From: Terriglobia bacterium
Lineage (GTDB): Bacteria; Acidobacteriota; Polarisedimenticolia; Polarisedimenticolales; JAIQFR01
Length of the DNA stretch: 64,000 nt
Assembly: GCA_963748015.1 (NCBI GenBank)
Contig: CAVVHE010000004.1
Coordinates: 512,001 to 576,000 of the forward strand
Direction of reading: 5' to 3'
Shown here: one piece after another, positions 1-11,289 of the stretch
How positions within the stretch are numbered: the stretch's first letter is position 1
How the letters are laid out: the number at the start of each line of letters is the position of its first letter
The notes under the pieces: generated by a model
The model's input: only the letters and a program-made list of their open reading frames with translations
Databases searched by the model: none
Told to the model about the DNA's origin: nothing
Position numbers and translations under genes: made by a program

Positions 1-136
1 AAGCTCCAGCTCCAGCGCTCGACGGGCCAGATCACAGGACCCCAACAAGATGCGGGGGCTCAGGAAGGATCTCGCGAGGGTGCTGACCGTCCGCCGGGCC
101 CAGGAACTGGCCGCCGGCTCGGGCCAGGGGCGCTGA
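1..136 (+). CDS. rpmC: 50S ribosomal protein L29, 3' part (5'-truncated by window edge; +1 indel near 34)
   Basis: [11 protein letters not shown] in frame 1 continues as [21 protein letters not shown] in frame 2 to TGA at 134-136; lies directly before rpsQ. Confidence 0.85.
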   Translation, partial: SSSSSARRARSQDPNKMRGLRKDLARVLTVRRAQELAAGSGQGR

Positions 137-140
137 GGAG

Positions 141-443
141 ATGGGTATGGCCGAGAAGAAGCGTGGAAAACCGGCCGCCAAGATCGGCGTGGTGGTCTCC
201 GACGGGATGGACAAGTCGGTGGTGGTCCGGGTCGACCGGACCGTGCGCCACTCCGTGTACTCGCGGTACGTCCGCCGCTCGGCGAAGTTCATGGCGCACG
301 ACGAGAAGAACGAGTGCAAGGTCGGCGACACGGTCGAGATCCAGGAGACGCGACCGCTGTCCGCTCGGAAACGCTACCGGGTCCGAAGGATCCTGAAGCG
401 CTCCGTGGGGACGGCCGACATCGCGACGCGAAAGGCCGAATAG
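141..443 (+). CDS. rpsQ: 30S ribosomal protein S17
   Basis: [14 protein letters not shown]...[15 protein letters not shown]...ETRPLS; conserved gene order. Confidence 0.97.
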   Translation: MGMAEKKRGKPAAKIGVVVSDGMDKSVVVRVDRTVRHSVYSRYVRRSAKFMAHDEKNECKVGDTVEIQETRPLSARKRYRVRRILKRSVGTADIATRKAE

Positions 444-466
444 CCGTTTCCGGCGGAGGCACGACC

Positions 467-835
467 ATGATTCAGATGAGGACGATCCTCGAGGTCGCCG
501 ACAACTCGGGGGCAAAGAAGATCTCCTGCATTCACCTTCGGGGAGGATCCGAGGGGAAGACCGCGGAGATCGGCGACATCATCACGGCGAACGTGAAGGA
601 AGCGGCCCCGGACGGCAACGTGAAGAAGGGGCAGGTGGTGAGGGCGGTGGTGGTCCGGACGGTCAACGCGCACCGGCGCAAGGACGGGTCGTACATCCGT
701 TTCGACCAGAACGCCGCCGTGCTGATCAACGACGCGAAGGAGCCGATCGGAACCCGCGTGTTCGGGCCGGTCGCCCGCGAGCTCCGGGACAAGAAGTTCA
801 TGAAGATCGTCTCGCTCGCCCCGGAAGTCCTCTGA
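467..835 (+). CDS. rplN: 50S ribosomal protein L14
   Basis: [17 protein letters not shown]...[13 protein letters not shown]...SLAPEVL, 122 aa; GGAGG RBS. Confidence 0.98.
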   Translation: MIQMRTILEVADNSGAKKISCIHLRGGSEGKTAEIGDIITANVKEAAPDGNVKKGQVVRAVVVRTVNAHRRKDGSYIRFDQNAAVLINDAKEPIGTRVFGPVARELRDKKFMKIVSLAPEVL

Positions 836-862
836 TCGGCGGGGAGCGTGGGGGAGAGCAGG

Positions 863-1189
863 ATGGCCAAGGCGCGCATCAGGAAGAACGACATCGTGGC
901 GGTGATCTCGGGGAAGGACCGCGGGAAGCGGGGCCGGGTGCTCCGGGTCACGGCCGCGAAGGGCACGGTGATGGTGGAAGGGGTCAACGTCGTGAAGCGG
1001 CACACGAAGCCCAACCCGCAGAGGAACATCAAGGGCGGGATCGTGGACCGCGAGGCCCCCATCAACATCTCGAACGTCGCGCCGATCGACCCCGAGAACG
1101 ACCGTCCGACGCGGGTCGGGAGCAAGACCCTCGGGGACGGGCAGCGGGTTCGGATAGCGCGGCGAAGCGGCGCGGTGCTCGATAAGTAG
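863..1189 (+). CDS. rplX: 50S ribosomal protein L24
   Basis: KOW motif [22 protein letters not shown]. Confidence 0.97.
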   Translation: MAKARIRKNDIVAVISGKDRGKRGRVLRVTAAKGTVMVEGVNVVKRHTKPNPQRNIKGGIVDREAPINISNVAPIDPENDRPTRVGSKTLGDGQRVRIARRSGAVLDK

Positions 1190-1243
1190 CGGGAAACGAC
1201 GCGGGTCCCGCCGCCTAGGCGCGGCGGCAACGCGGAGGGGAAG

Positions 1244-1785
1244 ATGGCGAGGCTGGCAGAGAAGTACAAGAGCGAGGTCGTCCCGGCGCTCACCAAGGAG
1301 TTCGGGTACAAGAGCGTCATGGCGGTGCCTCGGGTGAAGAAGATCGTCGTGAACATGGGCGTGGGCGAGGCGATCTCGGACGCGAAGCTGCTGGACCAGG
1401 CCGCGGACGAGCTCGCCACGATCACGGGGCAAAAGCCGTCGATCACGCGCGCGCGGAAGTCGATCGCGAACTTCAAGCTGCGGGCCGGGATGGCGATCGG
1501 CTGCCGGGTGACGATGCGCGGCCGGAGGATGTACGAGTTCCTGGACCGGTTGATGAACCTGGCGATGCCCCGGGTACGCGACTTCCGCGGAGCTCCCCCC
1601 GGGCATTCGACGGGCGAGGCAACTACACGCTCGGGATTCGCGACCAGCTCATCTTTCCCGAGATCAACTACGCCAAGGTCCAGAAGGTGAAGGGCATGAA
1701 CGTCTGCGTGGTGACGACGGCGAGGACCGACGAGGAGGCCAAAGCGCTCCTCACCCACCTCGGCATGCCGTTCCGGAAGAACTAG
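1244..1785 (+). CDS. rplE: 50S ribosomal protein L5 (frameshift in a C run near 1595-1600, probably a sequencing error)
   Basis: [11 protein letters not shown]...PRVRDFRG, then in another frame [21 protein letters not shown]...LGMPFRKN*. Confidence 0.95.
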
Positions 1786-1802
1786 GGTCGGAGGACGAGG
1801 AC

Positions 1803-1988
1803 GTGGCGACAACCGCATGGATGGCCAAGACCCGGAAGAAGCCGAAGTTCGCGGCGAGGCAGCACAACCGCTGCCGGCGCTGCGGCCGGTCGCGAGGCTA
1901 CCTCAGGAAGTTCCAGTTGTGCCGGATCTGTTTCAGGAATCTGGCACTGGAAGGGGCGCTGCCCGGCGTCACCAAGTCGAGCTGGTGA
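1803..1988 (+). CDS. rpsN: 30S ribosomal protein S14, zinc-binding type Z
   Basis: 61 aa; CRRC...[12 protein letters not shown]. Confidence 0.97.
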   Translation: MATTAWMAKTRKKPKFAARQHNRCRRCGRSRGYLRKFQLCRICFRNLALEGALPGVTKSSW

Positions 1989-2025
1989 GGAAACTCGCGA
2001 GACGCGGGGACTGGAGGCGAAGACG

Positions 2026-2424
2026 ATGAGTATGACGGACCCCATCGCGGACCTGCTGACCCGGATCCGGAACGGGCAGATGGCGAAGCACAAGAGTGTC
2101 GACGTGCCTTCGTCCAGGATGAAGGTCGCGATCACGAAGATCCTCAAGGACGAGGGTTACATCGACAACTTCAAGGTGGTCGAGGACGAGTGCCAGGGGA
2201 TCCTCAGGGTGAACCTGAAGTACGGCTCGGCCGGCGAGAAGGCCATCACCGGCCTCGAGCGGGTCAGCCGCCCCGGTCGACGCGTGTACTGCGGGAAGGA
2301 TGGAATCCCGCGGGTGCTCGGAGGGATGGGGATCACCATCCTCTCGACCCCGATGGGTGTGCTCACGGGCTCGGCCTGCCGGCGCCTCGGCGTCGGCGGC
2401 GAGATCCTGTGCAACGTGTGGTAG
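2026..2424 (+). CDS. rpsH: 30S ribosomal protein S8
   Basis: [14 protein letters not shown]...SRPGRRVY...GGEILCNVW. Confidence 0.98.
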   Translation: MSMTDPIADLLTRIRNGQMAKHKSVDVPSSRMKVAITKILKDEGYIDNFKVVEDECQGILRVNLKYGSAGEKAITGLERVSRPGRRVYCGKDGIPRVLGGMGITILSTPMGVLTGSACRRLGVGGEILCNVW

Positions 2425-2452
2425 AGCCGGAAGACGGCCGGAGACCCAAGCA

Positions 2453-2992
2453 ATGTCTCGAATCGGCAAGCTTCCTATTCCGCTGGTTCCGGGGGTCAAG
2501 GTGACCATCGGGACCGACCTGGTCACCGTGCAAGGACCCAAGGGGGCCCTCACCCAGGCGCTTCCTCCCGGAATCACCGCGGAGGCGGAAGGCGAGCGCC
2601 TGCTCGTGAAGCGCAAGGACGACTCGAAGCGGATGAGGGCGCTGCACGGGCTGTCCCGCGCGCTCCTCGCCAACGCGGTCAACGGGGTGACCAAGGGTTT
2701 CACGCGCGAGCTCGAGATCCAGGGCGTCGGCTACCGCGCCCAGGTCGCGGGCAAGGCCGTGAACTTCAGTCTCGGATACACCCACCCGATCGATTTCCCG
2801 ATCCCCGAGGGAATCCTGGTCGCCGTGGACCGCCAGACGAAGATCACGGTGAGCGGGGCGGACCGGCAGTTGGTCGGCCAGGTGGCCGCCAAGATCCGGG
2901 CGCTCCGTCCCCCCGACGTCTACAAGGGGAAGGGGATCCGCTACGTGGGCGAGGTGGTCCGAAAGAAGGCCGGAAAGACCGGCGCGAAGTAG
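2453..2992 (+). CDS. rplF: 50S ribosomal protein L6
   Basis: MSRIGKLPI...[13 protein letters not shown]. Confidence 0.98.
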   Translation: MSRIGKLPIPLVPGVKVTIGTDLVTVQGPKGALTQALPPGITAEAEGERLLVKRKDDSKRMRALHGLSRALLANAVNGVTKGFTRELEIQGVGYRAQVAGKAVNFSLGYTHPIDFPIPEGILVAVDRQTKITVSGADRQLVGQVAAKIRALRPPDVYKGKGIRYVGEVVRKKAGKTGAK

Positions 2993-3011
2993 CGAGCGAG
3001 GGCACGGCGAG

Positions 3012-3377
3012 ATGGACACGACGATCGACAGAAGGAGCATTCGGCGCCGCATCCGCTACCGGATCCGCAACAAGATCCGGGGGAGCGCTGCGAGGCCGCG
3101 TGTCGCGGTGTTCCGGAGCGACAAGCACATCTACGTGCAGGCGATCGACGACGACGCGGGGAGGACGCTGGCGCAGGCATCCACCGCGGAGCCGGAGCTC
3201 AAGGCGAAGGCGGCGACCGGGAAGACCGCGGCCGCGAAGATCGTGGGAGGCGCGATCGCCGAACGGCTGAAGCAGGCGGGGATCGAGACCGCCGTGTTCG
3301 ACCGGGGCGGCTTCCTGTACCACGGCCGCGTGAAGGCCCTCGCCGAGGCGGCTCGAGAGGCCGGGTTGAAGTTCTGA
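3012..3377 (+). CDS. rplR: 50S ribosomal protein L18
   Basis: [16 protein letters not shown]...[26 protein letters not shown]. Confidence 0.98.
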   Translation: MDTTIDRRSIRRRIRYRIRNKIRGSAARPRVAVFRSDKHIYVQAIDDDAGRTLAQASTAEPELKAKAATGKTAAAKIVGGAIAERLKQAGIETAVFDRGGFLYHGRVKALAEAAREAGLKF

Positions 3378-3451
3378 CGGGTTTTCCCGCGGCGGTGCGG
3401 GGGTCGGACGCGACCTCCATTCCGGCGCCGGGAAGCGTTTTGGAGGCAGTT

Positions 3452-3967
3452 GTGGTGGAGCGCGAACAGGGACCGATGGGCGAGTTGAAGGACCGGGTGG
3501 TCCACATCAACCGCGTGACCAAGGTCGTCAAGGGCGGAAAGAACTTCTCCTTCTCGGCGCTGATCGTCGTCGGAGACGGCAACGGCTGGGTCGGCTTCGC
3601 GTCGGGAAAGGCGAGAGAGGTACCCGCGGCGATCGCGAAGGGGGTCGAGCACGCGAAGCGGCGGCTCGTGAAAATACCCCTCATGGGGACGACCATCCCG
3701 CACACCGTGACCGGGCGCTTCGGGGCCGGCCGGGTCCTCCTCAAGCCCGCTTCCCCCGGAACCGGGGTGATCGCGGGCGGAGCGGTCCGTGCCGTCCTGG
3801 AGTCGGCGGGGGTGCAGGACATCCTGACCAAGTCCCTCGGCACCGCCAACCCGTACAACGTGCTGCGCGCGACCATGGACGGACTCAAGCAGCTCAAGAA
3901 CCCCGAGATGGTCGCCCGGACGCGCGGCAAGGACGCGACCGAGATGATGCAGGAGGCGTTGAGATGA
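3452..3967 (+). CDS. rpsE: 30S ribosomal protein S5
   Basis: [16 protein letters not shown]...[15 protein letters not shown] start after GGAGG (exact start uncertain). Confidence 0.96.
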   Translation: MVEREQGPMGELKDRVVHINRVTKVVKGGKNFSFSALIVVGDGNGWVGFASGKAREVPAAIAKGVEHAKRRLVKIPLMGTTIPHTVTGRFGAGRVLLKPASPGTGVIAGGAVRAVLESAGVQDILTKSLGTANPYNVLRATMDGLKQLKNPEMVARTRGKDATEMMQEALR

Positions 3968-4191
3968 CGGCGAAGAAGGCGAGCGCCGCCGCCATGCTCG
4001 AGGCGCGGCAGGTCCGCAGCGGGATCTGCTGCAACAAGACCCACAAGGCGACCCTCAGGGCGCTGGGCCTGGGGAGGATCGGCCGTGTCCGGACGCTGCC
4101 CGACAACGACCAGGTTCGCGGCATGATCGCCAAGATCCCGCATCTCGTGGAGATCGTGGGAGAGCGCCCGGCGACCGGCCGGGCGCGCTAG
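3964..4191 (+). CDS. rpmD: 50S ribosomal protein L30
   Basis: [13 protein letters not shown]...[12 protein letters not shown]; between rpsE and rplO. Confidence 0.93.
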   Translation: MTAKKASAAAMLEARQVRSGICCNKTHKATLRALGLGRIGRVRTLPDNDQVRGMIAKIPHLVEIVGERPATGRAR

Positions 4192-4211
4192 ACCATCGAG
4201 AGGACGGGACG

Positions 4212-4658
4212 ATGAAGCAGAACGAGCTCAAGCCGGCGGCGGGATCGAGGAAGAGCCGGAAGCGAGTCGGCCGGGGCCCGGGGTCGGGACTCGGCAAGAC
4301 ATCGGGCCGCGGCGAGAAGGGCCAGAAGTCGCGCAGCGGCTACTCCGCGAAGCGGGGATTCGAGGGCGGGCAGATGCCTCTGCACCGGCGGATTCCGAAG
4401 CGGGGCTTCCACAACATCTTCCGCAAGGAATACCTGACGGTCAACGTCGAGAGGTTGAACGAGTTCGAGGCCGGCACCGTGGTCACCCCCGAGTCGCTGC
4501 GCGAGAAGGGGATGCTCCATAAGGGACGTCTCGACGTCAAGGTGCTGGGGAATGGCGATCTCAAGGTCGCGCTGACCGTGCGCGCGCACAAGTTCACCGA
4601 GGCCGCGGCCCGCAAGATCCAGGAAGCCGGCGGCAAGGCCGAAGTCCTGGCGCGGTAG
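4212..4658 (+). CDS. rplO: 50S ribosomal protein L15
   Basis: [33 protein letters not shown]. Confidence 0.98.
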   Translation: MKQNELKPAAGSRKSRKRVGRGPGSGLGKTSGRGEKGQKSRSGYSAKRGFEGGQMPLHRRIPKRGFHNIFRKEYLTVNVERLNEFEAGTVVTPESLREKGMLHKGRLDVKVLGNGDLKVALTVRAHKFTEAAARKIQEAGGKAEVLAR

Positions 4659-4686
4659 CCGCCGCCCGACGGGGGAACGACCCGAG

Positions 4687-6075
4687 ATGATACAGAGCTT
4701 CAAGAACATCTGGAGCATTCCCGATCTGAGGAAGCGCGTCCTCTACACGTTCGGGCTGCTCGCCGTCTACCGGATCGGCGGCCACATCCCGACGCCGGGG
4801 ATCGACAACCAGGCGCTGATCCGTCTGTTCGAGCGCCAGGCCGGCTCGATCCTGGGCTACGTGGACCTGTTCGCGGGAGGGAACTTCCGCCGGTTCACGA
4901 TCTTCGCGCTCGGGATCATGCCGTACATCACCGCGTCCATCATCCTGCAGCTGCTGACGGTGGTCTGGCCCTACCTCGAGAAGCTCAGCAAGGAAGGGGA
5001 GGCGGGGCGGAAGAAGATCACGCAGTGGACCCGCTACGGGACCGTCCTCCTCTCCGTGATCCAGTCCTTCGGAATCGCCCTCTGGCTCGAGTCGGCCGGC
5101 ACCGGCGGCGAGCGGATCGTGACCAGCCCCGGATTCGGCTTCCGGCTGATGACGGTCCTCACGCTGACCACGGGGACCGCGCTCATCATGTGGCTGGGCG
5201 AGCAGATCTCCGAGCGCGGCATCGGGAACGGGATTTCCCTGATCATCTTCGCCGGTATCGTGGTCGGCTTCCCGAACGCGTTGGTGAGGACCTGGGAGGA
5301 CCTGCGGACCGGGCAGATCGGCCCGCTGGCCATCCTGCTGCTCGTCGCGCTGATGTGCGTCGTCGTCGCGGCCATCGTGCTCGTGGAGCGCGCCCAGCGG
5401 AAGATCCCCATCCAGTACGCACGCAGGATCGTGGGGCGCCGGGTGTACGGCGGCTCCTCGACGTACCTCCCGCTCCGCGTGAACACCGGAGGCGTGATCC
5501 CGGTGATCTTCGCCTCCTCGATGCTCGCGATTCCCCAGACGATCATGCAGATCCAGTGGCTGCGGGACGTGCGGTGGGTGCAGGACCTGCAACGGCAGCT
5601 CGAGTACTCGGCGCCGCTCTACAATCTCCTGTACTTCGCGATGATCATCTTCTTCTGCTTCTTTTACGTGTCCATCATCTTCAATCCGATGGATCAGGCC
5701 GACAACATGAAGAAGTACGGCGGCTTCATCCCCGGGATCCGTCCGGGGCGCAAGACAGCCGAATACATCGACCGCATCCTGACGCGGCTGACGTTCGGGG
5801 GCGCGGTCTACCTGGGCCTCGTGAGCATCCTCCCGGTATTCCTGATCAGCGGCCTGAGGCTGCAGGTCCTGCCCGGGATCGGACCGGCGATGGAGCCCTA
5901 CCTGCCCAAGCTGATCACCCAGGGACTCAACGTGAAGTTCTTCTTCGGTGGGACGTCCCTGCTGATCGTTGTCGGGGTGGCCATGGACACCGTGCAGCAG
6001 ATCGAGTCGCAGCTCATCATGCGCCACTACGAGGGGTTCATGAAGGGCGCCCGCATCCGCGGGCGGCGCGGCTAG
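4687..6075 (+). CDS. secY: preprotein translocase subunit SecY
   Basis: IFALGIMPYITASII, WLGEQISERGIGNGISLIIF, GGTSLLIVVGVA. Confidence 0.98.
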   Translation: MIQSFKNIWSIPDLRKRVLYTFGLLAVYRIGGHIPTPGIDNQALIRLFERQAGSILGYVDLFAGGNFRRFTIFALGIMPYITASIILQLLTVVWPYLEKLSKEGEAGRKKITQWTRYGTVLLSVIQSFGIALWLESAGTGGERIVTSPGFGFRLMTVLTLTTGTALIMWLGEQISERGIGNGISLIIFAGIVVGFPNALVRTWEDLRTGQIGPLAILLLVALMCVVVAAIVLVERAQRKIPIQYARRIVGRRVYGGSSTYLPLRVNTGGVIPVIFASSMLAIPQTIMQIQWLRDVRWVQDLQRQLEYSAPLYNLLYFAMIIFFCFFYVSIIFNPMDQADNMKKYGGFIPGIRPGRKTAEYIDRILTRLTFGGAVYLGLVSILPVFLISGLRLQVLPGIGPAMEPYLPKLITQGLNVKFFFGGTSLLIVVGVAMDTVQQIESQLIMRHYEGFMKGARIRGRRG

Positions 6076-6087
6076 GGAGCGGGAACG

Positions 6088-6735
6088 ATGAGAGTGGTCG
6101 TGTTGGGACCGCCCGGGGTCGGCAAGGGGACCCAGGCGACGAGGCTCCGGCAGGAGCTCGGGGTCCCGCACGTGTCCACGGGCGACATCCTCCGCGAGGC
6201 GGTGCAGAAGGGGACGCCGCTGGGCAAGCGGGCCCGCTCGTTCATGGACTCGGGAAAGCTCGTGCCCGACGATCTCATGGGCGAGCTGATCGCCGAGAGG
6301 CTGGCCCAGCCCGACGCGGCGTCCGGCTTCGTTCTCGACGGCTTCCCGCGGACTGCCGAGCAGGTGGGGATCCTCGACGCCGTGCTGGAGAAGATCTCGG
6401 CCGGGATCGACCGTGTCCTGGCCCTCGAAGCGCCCTCGGCGGAGATCGTCCGGAGGCTCTCGGGCCGGAGGATCTGCCCGAAGTGCGGTAGCGTCTACCA
6501 CATCGACAGCCGGCCCCCGGCCTCTCCCGGGGTCTGCGACGGGTGCGGGTCCGCGCTGGTGCAGCGGCCCGACGACGAGGAAGAAGTGATTCGAGAGCGT
6601 CTCAAGGTCTTCGAGGCCCAGACGCTACCGATGATGAAGATCTACCGCGAGCGCGGCCTGCTCAAGGAAGTGAACGCGTCGGGGGACGCCGAGTCGGTGT
6701 TCGCCGCGCTGAGATCGGAGCTCGCCGCGTCGTGA
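6088..6735 (+). CDS. adk: adenylate kinase (zinc-lid type)
   Basis: GPPGVGKGTQ, STGDILR, LDGFPRT, CPKC...CDGC. Confidence 0.97.
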   Translation: MRVVVLGPPGVGKGTQATRLRQELGVPHVSTGDILREAVQKGTPLGKRARSFMDSGKLVPDDLMGELIAERLAQPDAASGFVLDGFPRTAEQVGILDAVLEKISAGIDRVLALEAPSAEIVRRLSGRRICPKCGSVYHIDSRPPASPGVCDGCGSALVQRPDDEEEVIRERLKVFEAQTLPMMKIYRERGLLKEVNASGDAESVFAALRSELAAS

Positions 6736-7517
6736 ATCGCACGATTTTGAAGTCGACGGCCGAGATCGGGATCATGGACCAGGCGAACCGGATCATCCGG
6801 GAGATCCTGGTGGAATTGAGAAATCGGATCCGTCCGGGGGTAACGACGCTGGATATCGACCGGTTCGCGGAGGAGAGGATAGCGGCGGCATCCGGGATAC
6901 CGGCGTTCAAGGGTTACCGCGGGCCGGCCGGCGGGCCGGAGTTTCCGGGGACGGTTTGCGCTTCGGTCAACGACGAGGTGGTTCACGGAATCCCCTCGCC
7001 GGCGGTGGTGCTGAAGGAAGGGGATATCGTCTCGGTGGACCTCGGGGTGCTGTTCGGCGGATACTACGGGGACGCGGCGGAGACCTACCCGGTGGGCGGG
7101 GTTTCCGACGAGGCCCGGAAGCTGCTCGACGTGACGCGCGAGTCGCTCCGCTTGGGCCTCAAGGAAGCCCGGCCCGGAAACCGGGTGTCGGACATAGGGT
7201 ACGCGGTGCAGACCCACGTGGAGGCCCATGGCTTCTCCGTGGTGAAGGAGTTCGTGGGGCACGGGATCGGCTCGAATCTGCACGAGGAGCCGCAGGTGCC
7301 CAACTTCGGACAGCCGGGGCGCGGCGCGCGCCTGCTGCCGGGGATGGTGCTCGCAGTCGAGCCCATGGTGAACGCGGGCGCGCCGGAAGTCGTGGTGAGC
7401 GCTTCGGACGGCTGGACCGCCAGGACCCGTGACGGGAGCCTGTCGGCCCATTTCGAGCTGTCCGTTGCCGTGACGGAGAACGGGCCGATGGTGCTCGGGG
7501 AGCCGATCGGCTCGTAA
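6732..7517 (+). CDS. map: type I methionine aminopeptidase
   Basis: CASVNDEVVHGIP, GHGIG..LHEEP, EPM, SAHFE; GTG overlaps adk stop. Confidence 0.97.
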   Translation: MNRTILKSTAEIGIMDQANRIIREILVELRNRIRPGVTTLDIDRFAEERIAAASGIPAFKGYRGPAGGPEFPGTVCASVNDEVVHGIPSPAVVLKEGDIVSVDLGVLFGGYYGDAAETYPVGGVSDEARKLLDVTRESLRLGLKEARPGNRVSDIGYAVQTHVEAHGFSVVKEFVGHGIGSNLHEEPQVPNFGQPGRGARLLPGMVLAVEPMVNAGAPEVVVSASDGWTARTRDGSLSAHFELSVAVTENGPMVLGEPIGS

Positions 7518-7607
7518 GGACGGAGAGTTCGAAAGAGATCGGAGGCGGGAGCTGCTGCCGGGCGGCAGCGGACGGAGCCCGTCCTCGGAGAGGTGGAACC
7601 GGTCCCT

Positions 7608-7826
7608 ATGCCCAAGGAAGAGGCGATCCAGGTCGAAGCCACGGTGATCGAGCCGCTGCCCAACGCGATGTTCCGGGTGGAGCTCGAGAACAAGCACCGG
7701 GTGCTGGCGCATATCTCGGGGAAGATGCGAAAGCACTTCATCCGGATCCTGCCCGGCGACCGCGTGCTGGTGGAGCTCTCGCCCTACGATCTGACGCGCG
7801 GGCGCATCGTGTACCGGTACAAGTGA
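7608..7826 (+). CDS. infA: translation initiation factor IF-1
   Basis: [31 protein letters not shown]. Confidence 0.98.
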   Translation: MPKEEAIQVEATVIEPLPNAMFRVELENKHRVLAHISGKMRKHFIRILPGDRVLVELSPYDLTRGRIVYRYK

Positions 7827-7854
7827 CCGCGGGCGCCCGCGGACGGAGTGGGTC

Positions 7855-7968
7855 ATGAAGGTAAGGGCATCGGTGAAGAAGATTTGCGAGAAGTGCAAGA
7901 TCGTGAAGAGAAAGGGTGTCGTCCGGGTGATCTGCGAGAACCCGAAGCACAAGCAGCGCCAGGGTTGA
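7855..7968 (+). CDS. rpmJ: 50S ribosomal protein L36 (zinc type; absent from ORF track)
   Basis: Read directly: [37 protein letters not shown]. Confidence 0.98.
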   Translation: MKVRASVKKICEKCKIVKRKGVVRVICENPKHKQRQG

Positions 7969-7998
7969 CCCGGGCGGACGCTTAAGGAGGCTTGAGCC

Positions 7999-8385
7999 GT
8001 GGCACGCATCGCGGGCGTTGACCTCCCCCCGAGCAAGCGGGTGGAGATCGGTCTGACCTACATTTTCGGGATCGGGCGGTCCCGCTCCCTGTCGATCCTC
8101 GAGAAGGCCCAGGTGGACCCGTCGACGAAGGTCAAGGACCTGTCCGAGGACGAGGTCGTCCGGATCCAGCGGGTGATCAACCAGGAGGGGCGCGTCGAGG
8201 GCGACCTCCGGAAGAGCGTCTCGCTGGACATCAAGAGGCTCATCGAGATCGGGTCGTATCGCGGCATGCGCCACCGCCGCAACCTCCCGTGCCGGGGGCA
8301 GAGAACGCATACCAACGCGCGGACCCGTCGCGGACCGCGCCGGGCCATCGCGGGCAAGAAGCGCACGGCGGGCAAGAAGGGTTGA
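7999..8385 (+). CDS. rpsM: 30S ribosomal protein S13
   Basis: [10 protein letters not shown]...[24 protein letters not shown]. Confidence 0.98.
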   Translation: MARIAGVDLPPSKRVEIGLTYIFGIGRSRSLSILEKAQVDPSTKVKDLSEDEVVRIQRVINQEGRVEGDLRKSVSLDIKRLIEIGSYRGMRHRRNLPCRGQRTHTNARTRRGPRRAIAGKKRTAGKKG

Positions 8386-8465
8386 CCGGCAGCATCGACG
8401 GCGCGCCGCGGCAAGCCGCGGGACACGGGTCCCCGGCCCGCGAGGCGCGGTCCTGAGGAAAGAGC

Positions 8466-8867
8466 ATGGCGAAAGCAGCGAAGGCCGCCGGAAAGAAGGG
8501 CGGCAAGAAGGAAAAGAAGAACGTTCCCCACGCGGTGGTGCACGTCCACGCGTCGTTCAACAACACGATCGTGACCGTGACCGATCCGAAGGGAAACGTC
8601 CTGAGCTGGTCCTCGGCGGGAGTCCAGGCGTTCAAGGGCTCGCGCAAGGGGACCCCCTTCGCCGCCCAGACCGCGGCCCAGGCCGCCGGGAACATGGCGA
8701 AGGAGCACGGGGTCCGGACGGTGGACGTCCGGGTCAAGGGGCCGGGCGCCGGGCGTGAGTCGTCCATACGGGCGCTGCAGGCCGCGGGCATCGAGATCAA
8801 GTCCATCAAGGACGTGACGCCGATCCCGCACAACGGATGCCGGGCGCCCAAGCGGCGGCGCGTCTAG
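8466..8867 (+). CDS. rpsK: 30S ribosomal protein S11
   Basis: ASFNNTIVT...[12 protein letters not shown]...[11 protein letters not shown]. Confidence 0.98.
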   Translation: MAKAAKAAGKKGGKKEKKNVPHAVVHVHASFNNTIVTVTDPKGNVLSWSSAGVQAFKGSRKGTPFAAQTAAQAAGNMAKEHGVRTVDVRVKGPGAGRESSIRALQAAGIEIKSIKDVTPIPHNGCRAPKRRRV

Positions 8868-8887
8868 CCGGTCGAGGAGGTTTGCAA

Positions 8888-9514
8888 GTGGCGAGGATCA
8901 CCGGTGCGGTCTGCAGGCTCTGTCGGCGGGAAGGGATGAAGCTCTTCCTGAAGGGCGACCGCTGCTTCAAGGAGAAGTGCGCCTTCGAGAGGCGCGGCTA
9001 CGCTCCCGGCCAGCACGGGCGTCGGCGCTCGAAGGTGCAGGGGTACGGCATCCAGCTCCGCGAGAAGCAGAAGGTCAAGAGGATGTACGGGGTGCTCGAG
9101 CGGCAGTTCCGGAACTACTTCGCGAAAGCTTCGCGGAGGAAGGGAATCACCGGCGCCAACCTGCTCCAGATGCTCGAGCTTCGGCTCGACAACGTCGTTT
9201 ACCGCCTGGGGTTCGCGTCGTCGAGATCCATGGCCCGCCAGCTCGTGGCGCACGGTCACATCCTCGTCGACGGCGGGAAGGTGGACATTCCCGCGTGCCT
9301 CGTGGGCGCCGGCTCGGTCGTCTCGCTGAAGGAAGCGAGCCGGAAGAACGAGGCCGTCAAGATCTGTCTGGACACGGCGAAGGGGCGCGGCGTCCCGTCG
9401 TGGCTCGAGCTCGACGCGGACCGCTTCCAGGGAACCGTGAAGCAGTCGCCGTCCAGGGAAGAGATCACGCTGCCGATCCAGGAGCAGCTCATCGTCGAGC
9501 TGTACTCGAAGTAG
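8888..9514 (+). CDS. rpsD: 30S ribosomal protein S4
   Basis: [41 protein letters not shown]. Confidence 0.98.
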   Translation: MARITGAVCRLCRREGMKLFLKGDRCFKEKCAFERRGYAPGQHGRRRSKVQGYGIQLREKQKVKRMYGVLERQFRNYFAKASRRKGITGANLLQMLELRLDNVVYRLGFASSRSMARQLVAHGHILVDGGKVDIPACLVGAGSVVSLKEASRKNEAVKICLDTAKGRGVPSWLELDADRFQGTVKQSPSREEITLPIQEQLIVELYSK

Positions 9515-9550
9515 TCGACGGGGGCGGGCGGGCGACCGTCCCGCGGGAGG

Positions 9551-10540
9551 ATGCGGATGCTCTGGAAGGGGTTTCAGAAGCCGAAGCGGCTCGAGGTCGA
9601 GCGGCAGACGCTCACGGCGACGTTCGGCCGGTTCTCCGCGCAGCCTTTCGAGCGCGGATTCGGGACGACCATCGGAAACGCGATGCGGCGGATCCTGCTG
9701 TCGTCCATCGAGGGAGCCGGCATCACGGCGGTCAAGATCGAGGGGGTCCTGCACGAGTTCTCGTCCATTCCCGGAGTGGTCGAGGACACGACCGACCTGA
9801 TCCTCAACCTCAAGCAGATCCCGTTCCGGATCCACACGGACCACGCCGAGATCCTCACCCTCGCGGCCGAGGGGCCGAAGGTCGTGAAGTCGGGGGACAT
9901 AGCGGCCGGCTCGAACGTCGAGATCCTCGATCCCGACATCCCGATCGCCACGCTCTCCGAGGAGGGGCGGATCTCCATCGAGATGCGCCTGAAGCGCGGG
10001 CGCGGCTACGTCGCGGCCGACCAGAACTTCGACGACGACCTGGGGATCGGGTACATTCCGGTCGATTCGGCGCACTCCCCGGTCCGCAAGGTCAACTACA
10101 TCGTCGAGGACGCCAGGCTCGGCCAGAAGACCGATTACGACAAGCTGACCCTCGAGGTGTGGACCAACGGCGCGGTGACCCCGCAAGACGCGGTGGCCCT
10201 CGCGGCGAAGCTCCTCAAGGACCACATGGCGATCTTCATCAACTTCGAGGAGTCCACCGAGGAGGAGATGGATTTCCAGGTGGGGGACGAGGAGCGGATG
10301 CTCGAGACGCTCAACCGTTCCGTGGACGAGCTGGAGTTGTCGGTCCGCTCGTACAACTGCCTGAAGAACGCCAACATCAAGACGATCGGCGACCTCGTCA
10401 CGAAGAGCGAGGTCGAGATGCTCAAGACGAAGAACTTCGGGCGGAAGTCGCTCAACGAGATCAAGGACATCCTGACCGAGATGAACCTCACCCTCGGCAT
10501 GAACATCGACCTCAAGAAGCTCAGGGCCCGCTCCAGCTAG
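9551..10540 (+). CDS. rpoA: RNA polymerase subunit alpha
   Basis: [43 protein letters not shown]. Confidence 0.98.
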   Translation: MRMLWKGFQKPKRLEVERQTLTATFGRFSAQPFERGFGTTIGNAMRRILLSSIEGAGITAVKIEGVLHEFSSIPGVVEDTTDLILNLKQIPFRIHTDHAEILTLAAEGPKVVKSGDIAAGSNVEILDPDIPIATLSEEGRISIEMRLKRGRGYVAADQNFDDDLGIGYIPVDSAHSPVRKVNYIVEDARLGQKTDYDKLTLEVWTNGAVTPQDAVALAAKLLKDHMAIFINFEESTEEEMDFQVGDEERMLETLNRSVDELELSVRSYNCLKNANIKTIGDLVTKSEVEMLKTKNFGRKSLNEIKDILTEMNLTLGMNIDLKKLRARSS

Positions 10541-10567
10541 CGGGGGGCGCCCTCCGGAGAACCGAAC

Positions 10568-11203
10568 ATGAAACACCGCGTAGCCGGCCGGAAGCTGGGG
10601 CGCAGGTCGTCCCACCGTCTGGCGTTGCTCCGCAACCTCGCGACGGCCCTGTTCGAGAGGGAGCGGATCAAGACCACGCTCATGAAGTGCAAGGAGCTGA
10701 GGCCCTTCGCCGAGAAGCTCGTGACGACGGCCAAGAAGGAGACGCTCCACGCCCGGAGGCAGGTCCTGCGGCACATCCACGACCGGGACGTCGTGGCGAA
10801 GCTGTTCGAGACGCTCTCCGCCCGTTTCGCCCAGCGTCCCGGCGGGTACACGCGGATCATCAAGCTGGGGCCCCGCCGCGGGGACGCGGCCGAGATGGCG
10901 ATCATCGAGCTGGTCGGCTCCGAAACCCTGACCTCGAGGAAGAAGAAGGACGCCGCGAAGGCGAAGGGCGGCAAGCCGGCCCCGGGAGCCCAGGCGGCGG
11001 AGCCCGCGGAGGGCGCCGAGGCCGAGGGGAAGCCCGCCGAGAAGGGCGCGCGGAAGAAGGCTCCCGCGAAGAAGGCGAAGGAGGCCAAGCCGAAGGCCAA
11101 GAAGGCCTCCGAGAAGAAGGGCAAGGACTCCGGGAAGTCGAAGGACAAGCCGAAGGCCGGGGCCAAGCCCTCGAAGAAGGGCGGGAAGGGCTCGTCGGAG
11201 TGA
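10568..11203 (+). CDS. rplQ: 50S ribosomal protein L17 with long Lys/Ala/Pro-rich C-terminal extension
   Basis: [12 protein letters not shown]...[24 protein letters not shown], then ~90 aa low-complexity basic tail. Confidence 0.97.
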   Translation: MKHRVAGRKLGRRSSHRLALLRNLATALFERERIKTTLMKCKELRPFAEKLVTTAKKETLHARRQVLRHIHDRDVVAKLFETLSARFAQRPGGYTRIIKLGPRRGDAAEMAIIELVGSETLTSRKKKDAAKAKGGKPAPGAQAAEPAEGAEAEGKPAEKGARKKAPAKKAKEAKPKAKKASEKKGKDSGKSKDKPKAGAKPSKKGGKGSSE

Positions 11204-11242
11204 CGTCTCGTCCAGCGGACCGCTCAACGAAGCGGAATCGAG

Positions 11243-11274
11243 AAGAGGGAGCCACGCGGCTCCCTCTTTTCTTT
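11243..11274 (+). terminator. rho-independent terminator of the ribosomal/alpha operon
   Basis: AAGAGGGAGCC-acgc-GGCTCCCTCTT hairpin followed by TTCTTT. Confidence 0.85.
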
Positions 11275-11289
11275 GCTAGAGTTCGCAGC

